From Tetramitus jugosus (lineage: Eukaryota; Protista; Heterolobosea): a stretch of 64,000 nt of DNA. The position numbers were made by a program, and so were the translations under genes. Under the pieces are notes generated by a model. It was not told the origin of the DNA and searched no databases. It saw only the letters and a program-made list of their open reading frames with translations. The stretch covers positions 248,001 through 312,000 of the forward strand of contig OW569390.1 in the NCBI GenBank assembly GCA_937625935.1. Reading direction: 5' to 3'. Position 1 is the first letter of the stretch. Each line of letters starts with the position of its first letter. Shown here in pieces: positions 32,162-43,173 of the stretch.

Positions 32162-34714
32162 ATGCTCCATCACCATCATTCATACAAACAATTGATCAAT
32201 CAATGTTTGAAAAATGTATCCACTCGTTCAACAAATAATAGTTCCTTGTTGATATCACCTGCATCTCAAGTCAACATTTCACATTATCATTCCAATCATC
32301 TTCTCTGTCGTTCCTCCAAAAACAATAACAATAATAGTAAAAATGGAGTCAACAGAAAAAATAAAAATTCCAACAATAATGAAAATCATACAACAACATC
32401 TCCCACGACTAACACCACCACCACCACTACTACTACTACTAGTACTTCTCCTAAATCAAACCATCACCACCACCATAACAACAATACCATTCCACCACCT
32501 CCACCACCATCATCATCATCATCATCGCACTCCAACAACAAGAATCATTCCTTAAATCTAAAATTAAAACAACAACAACGGCAACAATCCAAATTTCTAA
32601 TCAATCTAGTCGATTCCGAGTCACAACAACAATATCAAGAGTACATGAATAACATGTTGCGTGTCATTGATCAATTGATATTGGAAGAAGAAGATTATGG
32701 ACAGGCATTTGAAATGATTAACGAGTTGATCAATTCTGATTCTGAGAATTCATTATTGTATCTCAAGAGAGCACACGTATACATGTGTGAATACATGATT
32801 CCATTCTATACATTGATTCAAGAGAGAGTTCAACAGCAACAACAACAACAAGTTAATAATACTAGTAATAGTAGTGATGTTAATGTTAGTAGTAGTAGTG
32901 GTGGTGGTGGTGTGAAACGATGTCCCATTAGTGACCATTTTCGATATCAACAAATGAAATTGATGAAAATTGTGGAAAAGATGGAACAGGATTTATCATC
33001 CTATCAACAATACTCTCCACTCAATCACAACACTTGTGCTACAACTACTACTAATCACATGATGAATGATGAACAAGTGGATGATGATATGGATGATATC
33101 ATGTTGGTTGATGGTGAAGGTGAAGAAGAAGAGATTGATATGATGGGAGAGGAGTTTATGGTAGATTCGAATGTTGATGATGCAAGAGTAGTCATGATGA
33201 CATCAGCAACCACAAACATTATGAATCATGATCCATCATCATCAAAAAAAATTGCTCACATTGAGTATCACTTGTTGTCCAGTTTTGTATCCATGATGAA
33301 ATATTGTCTCTCTGTATCTCCATTCACTACCACTCCTACTCCTATTACTACTACTCCTACTACTATTAATGCTACGAATGCTGCTGCTACGATGACTTCT
33401 GCACAATCATCATTGTCAGTGTTGTTGAATGAGTCAATTCAATCAATTAATGAATGTCTCTCTGCACAACCCTATCACTACTTGCACTACATGCAAAAAG
33501 CTATTCTTCATCTCGTATTGTCCACTGCTTCTACTACTTCCACTACTGCTACTTCTTCTACTACTAGTAGTAGTAGTAATAAGAAACAAATGAATAAGGA
33601 TGAAGAAAAGTTGAATATTGCACTAAAGTGCATGGAGCAGAGCATATTCTTGGAGCCAAGATCAAAATCAAGAACCTTGAACTGGATACGGTACAAGTTC
33701 CTAGTGGACATCCATGCCCATGTGACTCAAGATTTCGAAGCAGCACACAAGTGGTGCGACAAGGCCATTAACAAATCAGTGCAAGTCGGTTCATTCTACG
33801 TGTACAAGGCCAAACTGTACTATCAACAACAGCATCATCACCACAGCAAGAACAAGAACAAGGATCATCATGTTCTGGACAGTGGCAAAAAGAAGCAGCA
33901 TTCAGCTACTCATCATCATGGTCACAGCTATCATAGCCTCTATGATTCCTACATGAAGGAATCATTAAAGTTTGGACAATTGGAGGACTCTACGCTTCAA
34001 TCTTATCAGACACTGTGGCTCTGTGAACGATTGAAGAACAAGGATCAATTGTTGGATGCATTAAAGCAGATTGATTCTGCTCTCTACATGTCACCTCACA
34101 TTGGTATGCTGTATTGCATTAGAGCAGAGTTGTATCAGTTGTTGAACATGGAGAATGAGGCGTTGAAGGATGTAGAGATGTCTCATTCGTTGGTCATGCT
34201 TGATCCTTATTGGCGCATCAGAAGATGCATGATTACGATCGAGTGCTGTGCCAAACTGAATCGACTTCATGTAGCTGAGCAGTCTATTGAGAGAAATGCA
34301 TCGAGTGAACGTGAGAAGCTCATTCTGAGAGAACAGTTGTTTTATCAGTTCCATACAACAGATATTGAGGCAGCCAATGAGTACGTGAAGAGCAATGAGA
34401 TACCAATGGCTGTTCGTGTGTGGGAAGGAATCATGTCTGACTCTAGGTTCGATAGCTCTGTTCTCGCACACATGCTCTATGCCATGGTGTTGATACGTGA
34501 GATTCCATCATCATCAACAGCAACAACAATGGAAACAAACATGAGCGAGCAGAATGAAGAACGGTATCAATTAGCGGTCAGACATGCGAAAAAGAGTCTC
34601 AATCTGTTGTTATCAGGTGGTGTCACATCCATTTCACAAATTCCAAAGGAGTACGCACTCTACAAGTGCATGCACCTCAATCTAGTTCATTTGCGGAAGC
34701 TCGTAAAACAGTAG
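32162..34714 (+). CDS. TPR-like helical-repeat protein with homopolymer insertions, possible organellar presequence
   Basis: TPR-like units (LLYLKRAHVY, FYVYKAKLY, LYCIRAELYQLL...ALKDV). Confidence 0.75.
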   Translation: MLHHHHSYKQLINQCLKNVSTRSTNNSSLLISPASQVNISHYHSNHLLCRSSKNNNNNSKNGVNRKNKNSNNNENHTTTSPTTNTTTTTTTTTSTSPKSNHHHHHNNNTIPPPPPPSSSSSSHSNNKNHSLNLKLKQQQRQQSKFLINLVDSESQQQYQEYMNNMLRVIDQLILEEEDYGQAFEMINELINSDSENSLLYLKRAHVYMCEYMIPFYTLIQERVQQQQQQQVNNTSNSSDVNVSSSSGGGGVKRCPISDHFRYQQMKLMKIVEKMEQDLSSYQQYSPLNHNTCATTTTNHMMNDEQVDDDMDDIMLVDGEGEEEEIDMMGEEFMVDSNVDDARVVMMTSATTNIMNHDPSSSKKIAHIEYHLLSSFVSMMKYCLSVSPFTTTPTPITTTPTTINATNAAATMTSAQSSLSVLLNESIQSINECLSAQPYHYLHYMQKAILHLVLSTASTTSTTATSSTTSSSSNKKQMNKDEEKLNIALKCMEQSIFLEPRSKSRTLNWIRYKFLVDIHAHVTQDFEAAHKWCDKAINKSVQVGSFYVYKAKLYYQQQHHHHSKNKNKDHHVLDSGKKKQHSATHHHGHSYHSLYDSYMKESLKFGQLEDSTLQSYQTLWLCERLKNKDQLLDALKQIDSALYMSPHIGMLYCIRAELYQLLNMENEALKDVEMSHSLVMLDPYWRIRRCMITIECCAKLNRLHVAEQSIERNASSEREKLILREQLFYQFHTTDIEAANEYVKSNEIPMAVRVWEGIMSDSRFDSSVLAHMLYAMVLIREIPSSSTATTMETNMSEQNEERYQLAVRHAKKSLNLLLSGGVTSISQIPKEYALYKCMHLNLVHLRKLVKQ

Positions 34715-34847
34715 TCACGATCGGTGATTTATCTAACTTGGAAAACGCGATTCGAAGGAGATAACCGTTACTACCCAATAAACCGTCAGTGCCCCTTTGA
34801 TTTCTGTTGAGGAAAAATTAGTTCATATATTCTGAGAGTAGGTGATA

Positions 34848-36092
34848 ATGTCTGACACGACCATCATGAGCGTTCGCAGTTCTAACATGACAAACCAGGT
34901 CGAAACGAGAACCTTCCGGACGAGAGAAGAGTTAATGATTGTAAGTTCGTTTCCACGCTCAGTTTCTTACTTGGTCGAGGAAGACTAATTCACAAATCAC
35001 ACTGACAATATAGAATAGGAAGGAAGAGTTCCGGAGAGGTGCTCTTCAGAGTGGAGGACCCGAGAAATTATCAGCTCGAAATTCGCACATGAACATCAAT
35101 TTCAGACGAGTGAGTGCATTTACGAAGGGAGATGAATCACGATTATTCACTCGACGAACTGATCATTCAAAGCGCAAAATTGGCGATATATCGATTGAAT
35201 CATCTGATCTAGATGTCAAACAGATTCATGATAACCTAGATCCGAGTGCTATTGTACAGAAGCGAAATCATGACAATCGATTGGCAGAGAATGTAAATGG
35301 TGGAGGGATGGCTGTCAGTCGAATACCACTGTGGAAAACTCCCTATTTTATCAATGAGAGGAGTCAGCTCGAGTCCATGGACATACCCATGTACAGTAGT
35401 TTAAGCAAGGACAAAACCTTTCGACCTCACTCTGCGAAGGCTCTATCATCAAGGTATGTATCGCTCGCCACTTGTGTTTGAATTGAAGCTTCTGGGGATG
35501 TTTGAATTCACCCAATGTAAATTCCAGTGTTAAGAAACAAAGGAGACAAGAATTTGATACATTTGATCCAAATTCTTTCTGGCAACAACCCACACTGCAG
35601 CTAAACATGACTCAAAAAGCGAGCACCAACCCCACTGATCAACCAAATCAATTGGAACAAAAGAAGTTTCTCGACATAGATGACTTAGTTAGTTGTGTTA
35701 GCATGGAGTCATCATTATCAGCACGCACTGCTCGGTCAGACATCAGTTCTGCTTCTAACATAACTGCCACTCTCGTGTCATCCAGAAAGAATACTTCTAG
35801 GCCCACGACTCCTCGAACGTGGTCACCAATGATCATTGTTCATGCACCAGAAGAAGACAACCACCGAGACGAAATTAAGAGAAGAGCTAGTTTCAGTTCC
35901 ATGAGACGGAGTGGAGCTACGCCATCAAGTCAACAACAAATAGCTCAACCTCGACGACCACAGTCTGCAGGAGCAATCAGATCACGTCCCAATTCCACCA
36001 TACCCAACACCACAACGACCAACAACATCACATCATCTTGCATGAACAATGGAAGACCAATGAGTGCTCGAGTTCGGAGGAGTCCTGAGTAA
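34848..36092 (+). CDS. S/R-rich disordered protein with RPxSA motifs (exons 34848-34940, 35014-35453, 35489-36092)
   Basis: Introns 34941-35013 (73 nt) and 35454-35488 (35 nt) join ORFs in frame; RPHSA, RPQSA and RPMSA motifs. Confidence 0.75.
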
Positions 36093-36145
36093 CAACAATG
36101 ATAATAACAAAAAAGAACATGCACATGATACCACACTATCATGGA

Positions 36146-38467
36146 TCAACTCTTATGTTTATACTGAACGTGTTGATTATGATTCTTCAATGTAAATACA
36201 ACAGTTGAATCTCCATTGACTAATATACTAAATGTGTGGTGATGATCATGATCATTATTGGCAGCGGGAGTAACAACTGCATCCGTTGAGTCAACGTCAT
36301 TCGCTACGATTGAATCATGAATTGACTTGGCACTCTCATCCTTTGTACATTGTTCTCTTGCATGGTCATCATTCTCGAGTAGGGCATTCATGTTCACATC
36401 CTCTTCCTCTATCTCTTCATGCTTATCATCATCATCAACTTCTTCTTCTTCTTCTTCTTGAATATCATTATTAGTGTTATGAGCAGTTTCAATCATTTGC
36501 TCTTGTTGTTCTTGTTGTGGATCATGATTATGCATGGAATGATGCTTGGCACCAAGATTATAACTGGAAGATGTTGCCACAGAAGGATTATCCAAATAAT
36601 TTTCAATGACATGATCCGTGTATGAAGATGAAGTGGATGGTGGTGAGACGATGTAACTAGCATGTGATTGTTGTTTCTTGTTGAGTGATGATGATGATGA
36701 TGATTGTTGTTGCTGAACAGTAGTAGTAGTATGAGCAGAGTGACTGTTGATGGGTATTGGTGCAGTTGTCGTGGTAGTAGCAGTTGTTGCCGTGTGAGCA
36801 ATAGTAGTAGTAGTAGTAGTAGAAGAGGTTGTATGATTGTTCTCTTCCTCTGAGGTATTGTTGTTACTGCTGGAAGAGAAAAAGAGTGAAAATCTGCGCT
36901 TAAAGTGCGCCACTAGTTTGTTGCTCGTATTGCTACTGGGTGATGATGACAATAATTGAAATGGTTGGTAACTATCGAGTGCCAATTGTACATTTCTTCC
37001 ACCACCACCACTGCTATTCGTATTATGACTATGACTGTGACTACTACTACTACTACTATTGCTATTACTGCGATGACTCCTATTCTGATGATGATGATGA
37101 TGATGATGATGACTACTCGTACTGCTACCACCACTTGTACTACTACTACTACTATTCTGATTTTGATGATAATGTAACCACATGCATTCATCATCAATCT
37201 GATCCAATACTTGAGCATGATGATGATGATGACGATCACGACTCTCATTCTCATTCTCATTGTTATCATCACTCTCAAACAATTGAAGAACATGATGATC
37301 CAGTGTATAGACATCCATGGTAGAACACAAGTGATACAAGTGAGTAATCATTTCAGCTGATGTCGCATTCACAATCTTGTCCATCAACTCTTGTTCATAG
37401 TACAGGAACAGTCCCATGATCAATCGAATGATAATGGGCCATGACTCTGATAGGAACAAGTCCCATATGCGATTCACTGTATCAAATGGAAAACGAGTGG
37501 TGCATAGTGTGAGAAAAAAGTGAGAGGCATACATTTCTGCACTGATACACTCCTGATCCATCATTTGAGACAATGATTGTGGCAGTAGATCAAGTGTCAC
37601 TCGATTCGTCTCACTCAACAACCATTTTAACAGTGGCAGTCCATGGATGAACAGGTCTTTGGTGTTGTAATGCTTGTGATTCATGAGTTGAATAAACATG
37701 TAAAAGGAATCAATTTCATTGCGAGTGTGATACAATAGGTAACCAGCAATGAATGCCATACCCTGTACATATCCCACTTGTCCATCAAATACACTGTATG
37801 CATACAAAATGTTTTTCAACAAGTGTTGACCATTGTTTGTATTGTTTGTATGATGATTATGATGATTATTTGTATTGTTGTTGTTGTTGTTGTTGGTATT
37901 GTTGGTATTGTTGGTGGAATCATTTGTAGTGTTGGCATCCGTTGTTGTTGTTGTAGTCGTAGTAGTAGTAGGAGTAGGAGTCGTAGTTGTAGTAGTAGGA
38001 GTAGGAGTAGTAGTGGTAATAGTGGGATTGAAATAGTCCAAGTGAGGAAATGTTCGATGAATGTCCTTTCGTATCCGATCGAGATTATGTTGATGAAATG
38101 AACTCAATTGACCATTGATTAACAATTTGTGATACAATATTTGTTGTTGTTGATCAATCATTGTTGTTGTTGTTGTTGTTGGCAAGGCTGTTTGTGTATC
38201 ACCACTTGCATGATTCCGATTGTTGCTGTTGCTGTTTTTGCTATTATCACTCTTGTTATTATTGTTGGTGTTGTTCAACAAGAAACATTTCCACAGTGCA
38301 ATTCGATCATTGGGATCAGTGATGGGCAATTTCCGTATTGCGTGCTTTAATTCATCAGAGGTCAATGTTGAAAATTGTTGAATCACTTGTTTAATGTCTG
38401 TGAAGGACTTTACATTGTTTGCATTTTTGCAATGTTGGTTCTTGTTGTTGTTGAACAGAAATGACAT
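36146..38467 (-). CDS. TBC-domain Rab GTPase-activating protein
   Basis: IRKDIHRT (arginine finger), GYVQGMAFIAG (glutamine finger) and RIWDLFL motifs. Confidence 0.93.
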   Translation of the reverse strand: MSFLFNNNKNQHCKNANNVKSFTDIKQVIQQFSTLTSDELKHAIRKLPITDPNDRIALWKCFLLNNTNNNNKSDNSKNSNSNNRNHASGDTQTALPTTTTTTMIDQQQQILYHKLLINGQLSSFHQHNLDRIRKDIHRTFPHLDYFNPTITTTTPTPTTTTTTPTPTTTTTTTTTTDANTTNDSTNNTNNTNNNNNNNTNNHHNHHTNNTNNGQHLLKNILYAYSVFDGQVGYVQGMAFIAGYLLYHTRNEIDSFYMFIQLMNHKHYNTKDLFIHGLPLLKWLLSETNRVTLDLLPQSLSQMMDQECISAEMYASHFFLTLCTTRFPFDTVNRIWDLFLSESWPIIIRLIMGLFLYYEQELMDKIVNATSAEMITHLYHLCSTMDVYTLDHHVLQLFESDDNNENENESRDRHHHHHAQVLDQIDDECMWLHYHQNQNSSSSSTSGGSSTSSHHHHHHHHQNRSHRSNSNSSSSSSHSHSHNTNSSGGGGRNVQLALDSYQPFQLLSSSPSSNTSNKLVAHFKRRFSLFFSSSSNNNTSEEENNHTTSSTTTTTTIAHTATTATTTTTAPIPINSHSAHTTTTVQQQQSSSSSSLNKKQQSHASYIVSPPSTSSSYTDHVIENYLDNPSVATSSSYNLGAKHHSMHNHDPQQEQQEQMIETAHNTNNDIQEEEEEEVDDDDKHEEIEEEDVNMNALLENDDHAREQCTKDESAKSIHDSIVANDVDSTDAVVTPAANNDHDHHHTFSILVNGDSTVVFTLKNHNQHVQYKHKS

Positions 38468-38611
38468 GATTAATTTGGTTGCACAAATGCGTGTGTGGGG
38501 ATTGTGTGAGACTTGTGATCTATTCTTTTTTGTGTATGCGGTGAAACTGTGATTTCTCTTCTTGTTCCGACCGGTTGCGAACTACAAATGCTCCACAGGT
38601 GTCAACAGTCT

Positions 38612-40111
38612 TTATTGCTGTTCTTCTTCTTGAATCCATTGTTTGAATTGTTGGAGAATGATAGATCTTGCTTGTTGAGCCAACTGGTTGCCATTACCCA
38701 TGCACTTTTCATTGACACCAGAGTCACCATTTGGCAATGAAGGACAACCTCTCAAATCAACACAGTGACCACAATTCTCACAATGAACCATCAAGAAACC
38801 GTCGTGTTCACTGGACACTGATGCCTCTAACCATGGATCTTGACTTCCATTGGCATAAATGACACGCTTCTTGTGTGTTCTCAACTCCTTGCCTCCATAG
38901 TACATTTGATCAAATGTTTTCTTGGCTACGGGTTGCGTAGGGAACAGGATCTGGGTCGATGGTAGTTGATTCTGGAACATGACATTGCACTTGTGCATCT
39001 GATAGGCATTGTTGATAAAGTGAGATCGAATAGCAACTGAACTGTTCAATGGCATATTCTGCAAATAGCCAAACTCACTGCACACTTGATAGTTCCACTG
39101 TCTGACACTGGCATCACTGTTGGCTAGACTTGTCTGTGATGCAAAGTAAGTAGTGTACTCGAGTGGTGAATCCTCTCCAAAGTTGACATAGTAGCTCGAT
39201 GTGACAAACTGTGCAAACGACTCAATCAACTTGATGTCATCCACAATGTCCACATACTTGGTGTACCATGGTTCCATCACTGAGCACAACTCTTCATGGA
39301 ATCCATATTGAATACTCTCTGCAGCTGCATCTGCCATCAAGAAGAAAAAGTCACCATTGTTCAATAGAGTGTCATTGCTCTTGTTCATGTCCTTCCATCT
39401 AAACAATTGCTTGATGAGTTGACCTTGATTGTACGGTGGTAGCATTTGACGCTCCATGGCCAATGTGACTCTTCTCAACACACTGCCACACTTGACTCCA
39501 CTGCTCAAGTACACTCTGTGATCAAACTGTGGAAAATCAACAATCGTGTTGACTACACCACTGCTGCTGAGTGCACCCATAATGAGATGAGGGTACTTGT
39601 AGCGCAGCCATGCAGACAGGGCACCTGGATAGGAACATCCAACACTGATCCAATGATATTGTTTCTTGTTATTCTTGTTATTCTTGTTGTTTGTTGTTTG
39701 AATAAAGTGAGCCAAGTCAGCCAGTGCCTGCTGAGAAGACAAGTACTTGAGATTGGGAGTGGACAAGTCGGAGAACAGTTGAGGAATGGATTTTCCATAG
39801 TATCTGTGTTCGACAGTGTACAGAGTAGCACCCAATTGTTGAGCATAGTTTCTCACATAGTTGAATGGTGTGCTGGGACATGGTCCTTCACCACAAATGT
39901 ACAACAGGACAGTAGATGACTCTGGTTGATGATTGAAGACAAAGTATCTCTGTTGGAATGTTCTTGTGTCCTGTGCATTGTAATGATCCAATTTTTGAGT
40001 GAACCAATACTCTTGTTCTTGTTGTTTGACACGAGTGCTCGTTGCTGCTGCGATCAAGGTGATGATGATTGCCACCAGCAGCAATAGATTTCGGTGGAAG
40101 GATGATGACAT
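38612..40111 (-). CDS. Secreted/lysosomal serine carboxypeptidase, family S28
   Basis: Signal peptide, WFTQKLDHY, EHRYYGKS, QALADLA, GCSYPG nucleophile, NGSQDPW and HCVDL motifs. Confidence 0.95.
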   Translation of the reverse strand: MSSSFHRNLLLLVAIIITLIAAATSTRVKQQEQEYWFTQKLDHYNAQDTRTFQQRYFVFNHQPESSTVLLYICGEGPCPSTPFNYVRNYAQQLGATLYTVEHRYYGKSIPQLFSDLSTPNLKYLSSQQALADLAHFIQTTNNKNNKNNKKQYHWISVGCSYPGALSAWLRYKYPHLIMGALSSSGVVNTIVDFPQFDHRVYLSSGVKCGSVLRRVTLAMERQMLPPYNQGQLIKQLFRWKDMNKSNDTLLNNGDFFFLMADAAAESIQYGFHEELCSVMEPWYTKYVDIVDDIKLIESFAQFVTSSYYVNFGEDSPLEYTTYFASQTSLANSDASVRQWNYQVCSEFGYLQNMPLNSSVAIRSHFINNAYQMHKCNVMFQNQLPSTQILFPTQPVAKKTFDQMYYGGKELRTHKKRVIYANGSQDPWLEASVSSEHDGFLMVHCENCGHCVDLRGCPSLPNGDSGVNEKCMGNGNQLAQQARSIILQQFKQWIQEEEQQ

Positions 40112-40230
40112 TTGCTTTTGTTTGTGAAAGTGAGAACTCTCGTTGACTGCGTCAAACTTGACAACAAACTTAACAGCACTGGTAAACAATGGACCTATTG
40201 AAGTGAACAAATGCATGGGCCGCGCAGAAA

Positions 40231-40440
40231 TATGCTATCTTAAAATAAGTCAATACTACAAATTATTCGACATAATAAAATAATACATGTCGAAATTTAA
40301 CATTTACATATTGTAATAATGTACTAATAATTACATATTTATTAATGTAAAATTACGGATGAAATTAATGTAAATTTAGATGAAGGCTGCTGATGTGAAA
40401 TAAACCAATATATATTTTTGTGATGAGAAAAATTTTATGT
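40231..40440. other. Extremely AT-rich island with short inverted repeats in a divergent promoter
   Basis: TTCGACAT/ATGTCGAA at 40266-40294 and several TTACA/TGTAA pairs. Confidence 0.5.
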
Positions 40441-40597
40441 TATCTCGTGGGTCCGCTTTGTCGGTAACTACTGAATTGGATGCATCCACTCGAACAAGCC
40501 TCAGCCAATTCTTCTTAGTCCGTTCTATAAGTCCTGGGATGGATCTATGCTTTCTATTGTGCTCGTTCGTGATTGAACTTCAATTTTCGAGAAAACG

Positions 40598-41734
40598 ATG
40601 CTAAACCCAAACAAATTCACACGAAGAATCTTCCTCAACACAATCGATTCATCACAGCTGCGCATGATGACGTCTCAACAACTAACAACACCAACAACAA
40701 TGTCACATCATGATTGTTGTGAACATACAGATTGTCAACAACAACAACATTCAGAGAACAACAAGAAACACAATCGCATTCCATTCTTCAACCCCAACTA
40801 TTACAATGTGATTCATGAGTTGCAACACAATCTACCAGAGTACCCCTATGATAAAATCAAAACAAACACTATTGCACCTCTGGAATACTTTAATCAGAGA
40901 ATAGAGACTCTACCCAAGGATCAAAAACAAGATTACACGGTTCAAAAGAGTGTTGCGACTCGATTTGCTCATGAATTTGACACTTATTGCCACTATTGTT
41001 GGGCCACTGTTGCTTATTGTCATTGTGATCAAATGACACCTGTTGTCCTTCCGAAACAAAATCACAGTCAAACGACTACCACTACGACTACGACTACGAA
41101 TACTACGACTGCTGATGATAACAACAACATGATGTTGTACAATCAAGTAGAGATTGTCTTCTTGATGACATACAAGGAATTTCATAGAGCGAGCAACAGT
41201 GCCAAAGTAGTGTTGAATTCATTGAAGGACAGTCGATTATTGATTCGAGGATTGAATGCACATGAGAAACAATTGGATGACATTTTGAACAACAATGGAA
41301 AGACTCACAACGTATACATCATGTTCCCCAGCACTGATTCTCTATCGATTCATGAAACTGATTTATTGAAACAACAGAGTCACTATAACAACAGGAGCGA
41401 AAATGACGAACAACCTCAACAAGACCAACAAACAAAGAAACATGTAGTGTTGGTGATTGATGGTACATGGAGAGAAGCAAGAAGAATGAACAAGAATATA
41501 CCGAGTTACATACCACGTATTCGATTACAACCATTGAGTAATCCATTGTTTGATGGATTGAGAAAACAATTGTTCCCCGGTAGTCGAACCAGTACGTGTG
41601 AAGCTGTCGTACTCTTGTTGAGAGAATTGGGAATGAAGAATGAACACTGTGACATTATTCTCAACAATTTAAAAGTCATGATCAATCATGTCAGGAGAAT
41701 GAGCAACAAGGAATTGATCTCATTTGATGAATAG
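40598..41734 (+). CDS. DTW-domain tRNA-uridine aminocarboxypropyltransferase (TapT/DTWD2-like)
   Basis: CHYC...CHC zinc motif, E..RASNSAK, VIDGTWREARRM and TSTCEA motifs. Confidence 0.9.
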   Translation: MLNPNKFTRRIFLNTIDSSQLRMMTSQQLTTPTTMSHHDCCEHTDCQQQQHSENNKKHNRIPFFNPNYYNVIHELQHNLPEYPYDKIKTNTIAPLEYFNQRIETLPKDQKQDYTVQKSVATRFAHEFDTYCHYCWATVAYCHCDQMTPVVLPKQNHSQTTTTTTTTTNTTTADDNNNMMLYNQVEIVFLMTYKEFHRASNSAKVVLNSLKDSRLLIRGLNAHEKQLDDILNNNGKTHNVYIMFPSTDSLSIHETDLLKQQSHYNNRSENDEQPQQDQQTKKHVVLVIDGTWREARRMNKNIPSYIPRIRLQPLSNPLFDGLRKQLFPGSRTSTCEAVVLLLRELGMKNEHCDIILNNLKVMINHVRRMSNKELISFDE

Positions 41735-41767
41735 TCGTAATAAATGAATGGTTGTGTCATATGCTGT

Positions 41768-42988
41768 TTATTGCTGTTTTTGATTTGAAGAAGGAGGAGA
41801 TGGTGCCACTAAGCGACCCAACGCACTACCACCACCAGTTGTACTACTACTACTGCTACTACCACTTGTATTGCTACTACTACTATTGTCAGTAGTAGGC
41901 AGTAAGAAGGGAGCAGTGGCAACAGTCGATTGTTGGAAACGATTCAATTTCGTATTCTGTTGTGGTTGTTGAGATGAAGATGATGATGATGGAGCAGAGT
42001 GCACATATTGATACACGTGATTTGCCATCTCAGAATACTCATTCTGATTCTTACTGATAAAATGATTGAGAAATTGTTTGCGAGTGCGTTCAAATGTGTC
42101 ATACTCCTTGTTTACACACTCTACAATACTCTCCTTTTCATTTACTGACAAGATGTATTCTTCTTCATCTTGTCCATTGGATGACTTCTTCTGATCCATT
42201 TTCTGACCCATGTACAATCGCAAGTTCAAGTGATGAGACTTGTGACCGAGACACCTGTGATAACAAGTCTGATAGATTTGACTCGTCAATTTCAACTGAT
42301 CCTTCAACTGTAGTAATTGAATGTGTCTCTGTTCATCCATTTGTGATGCATTCATTTGTTGATTGAATTGCTTGTATTGTTCAAACAGTTCCATTTGATT
42401 CATGAATTGTTCATCTGAATACATGAATGATTGTTGTTGACTGTTTATCGTGTTATTACTGTCGTTATTATTATTCGTATTGTCAATAGTCAATGGAGTA
42501 GTCGTATCTGTTGTTGTTGTTGTTGTTGTAGGAGTAGTAGTAGTAGTAGTAGTAGAATCATCATCCTCATTCAACATCATCATTCGAGGTGCATATTGAT
42601 TCGATTGTTCAAATACTAGTTTTGGATCGACAATATTACCACTTGAATTGAATTGTTGTTGTTGTTGTTGATTATTCTGCTTGTTATAAAAAGTGTGCAT
42701 AGAGTTGAGAGGGATGGCTGATGGATGATTACTCTGACGCAACATTTCTACAAATTCATTGAATTCTCCTTCTTCTTCTTCGATTGATTTTGTATTTTTA
42801 TCACTATTGTTGTCATTTGAAGTTGAAATTATCGTTGTTTGTTGTTGAGAAGTCAAGTACCGTTGAACTTTTGGTGGAACAAAGTAATCATTGTTGGCAT
42901 AGAACATTCCTGTACTACCCTTTGCATTCTTTATCAAACTCTGAGTGTAGTCGCTGTTGTTAAACTGTTCTTGTTTCTTCTTGTTCAT
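41768..42988 (-). CDS. Low-complexity protein with a degenerate small-Tim (twin CX3C)-like helical hairpin
   Basis: IYQTCYHRCL...LSVNEKESIVECVNK. Confidence 0.55.
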   Translation of the reverse strand: MNKKKQEQFNNSDYTQSLIKNAKGSTGMFYANNDYFVPPKVQRYLTSQQQTTIISTSNDNNSDKNTKSIEEEEGEFNEFVEMLRQSNHPSAIPLNSMHTFYNKQNNQQQQQQFNSSGNIVDPKLVFEQSNQYAPRMMMLNEDDDSTTTTTTTPTTTTTTTDTTTPLTIDNTNNNNDSNNTINSQQQSFMYSDEQFMNQMELFEQYKQFNQQMNASQMDEQRHIQLLQLKDQLKLTSQIYQTCYHRCLGHKSHHLNLRLYMGQKMDQKKSSNGQDEEEYILSVNEKESIVECVNKEYDTFERTRKQFLNHFISKNQNEYSEMANHVYQYVHSAPSSSSSSQQPQQNTKLNRFQQSTVATAPFLLPTTDNSSSSNTSGSSSSSSTTGGGSALGRLVAPSPPSSNQKQQ

Positions 42989-43173
42989 CTTGTAAAGATC
43001 AAATGATTGTTGTTCGATGCTGTTGTGTTAAAAAAAGTTTTGCGTGATAGCGGTGTTTTAGGCAAAAAGAAATGGATAATATCCCGAGGTGAGAAACCAA
43101 AAACCTCCGCGAACTCTTTTGAGTGGAAACAAACTGAAACCGAACACATTCCATATTGACGACATTCATCATC

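Noticed and set aside
36286-38350. Many antisense and alternative-frame ORFs over microsatellite genes
   Set aside because: Artefacts of stop-poor trinucleotide repeats (poly-V/C/Y/M translations).
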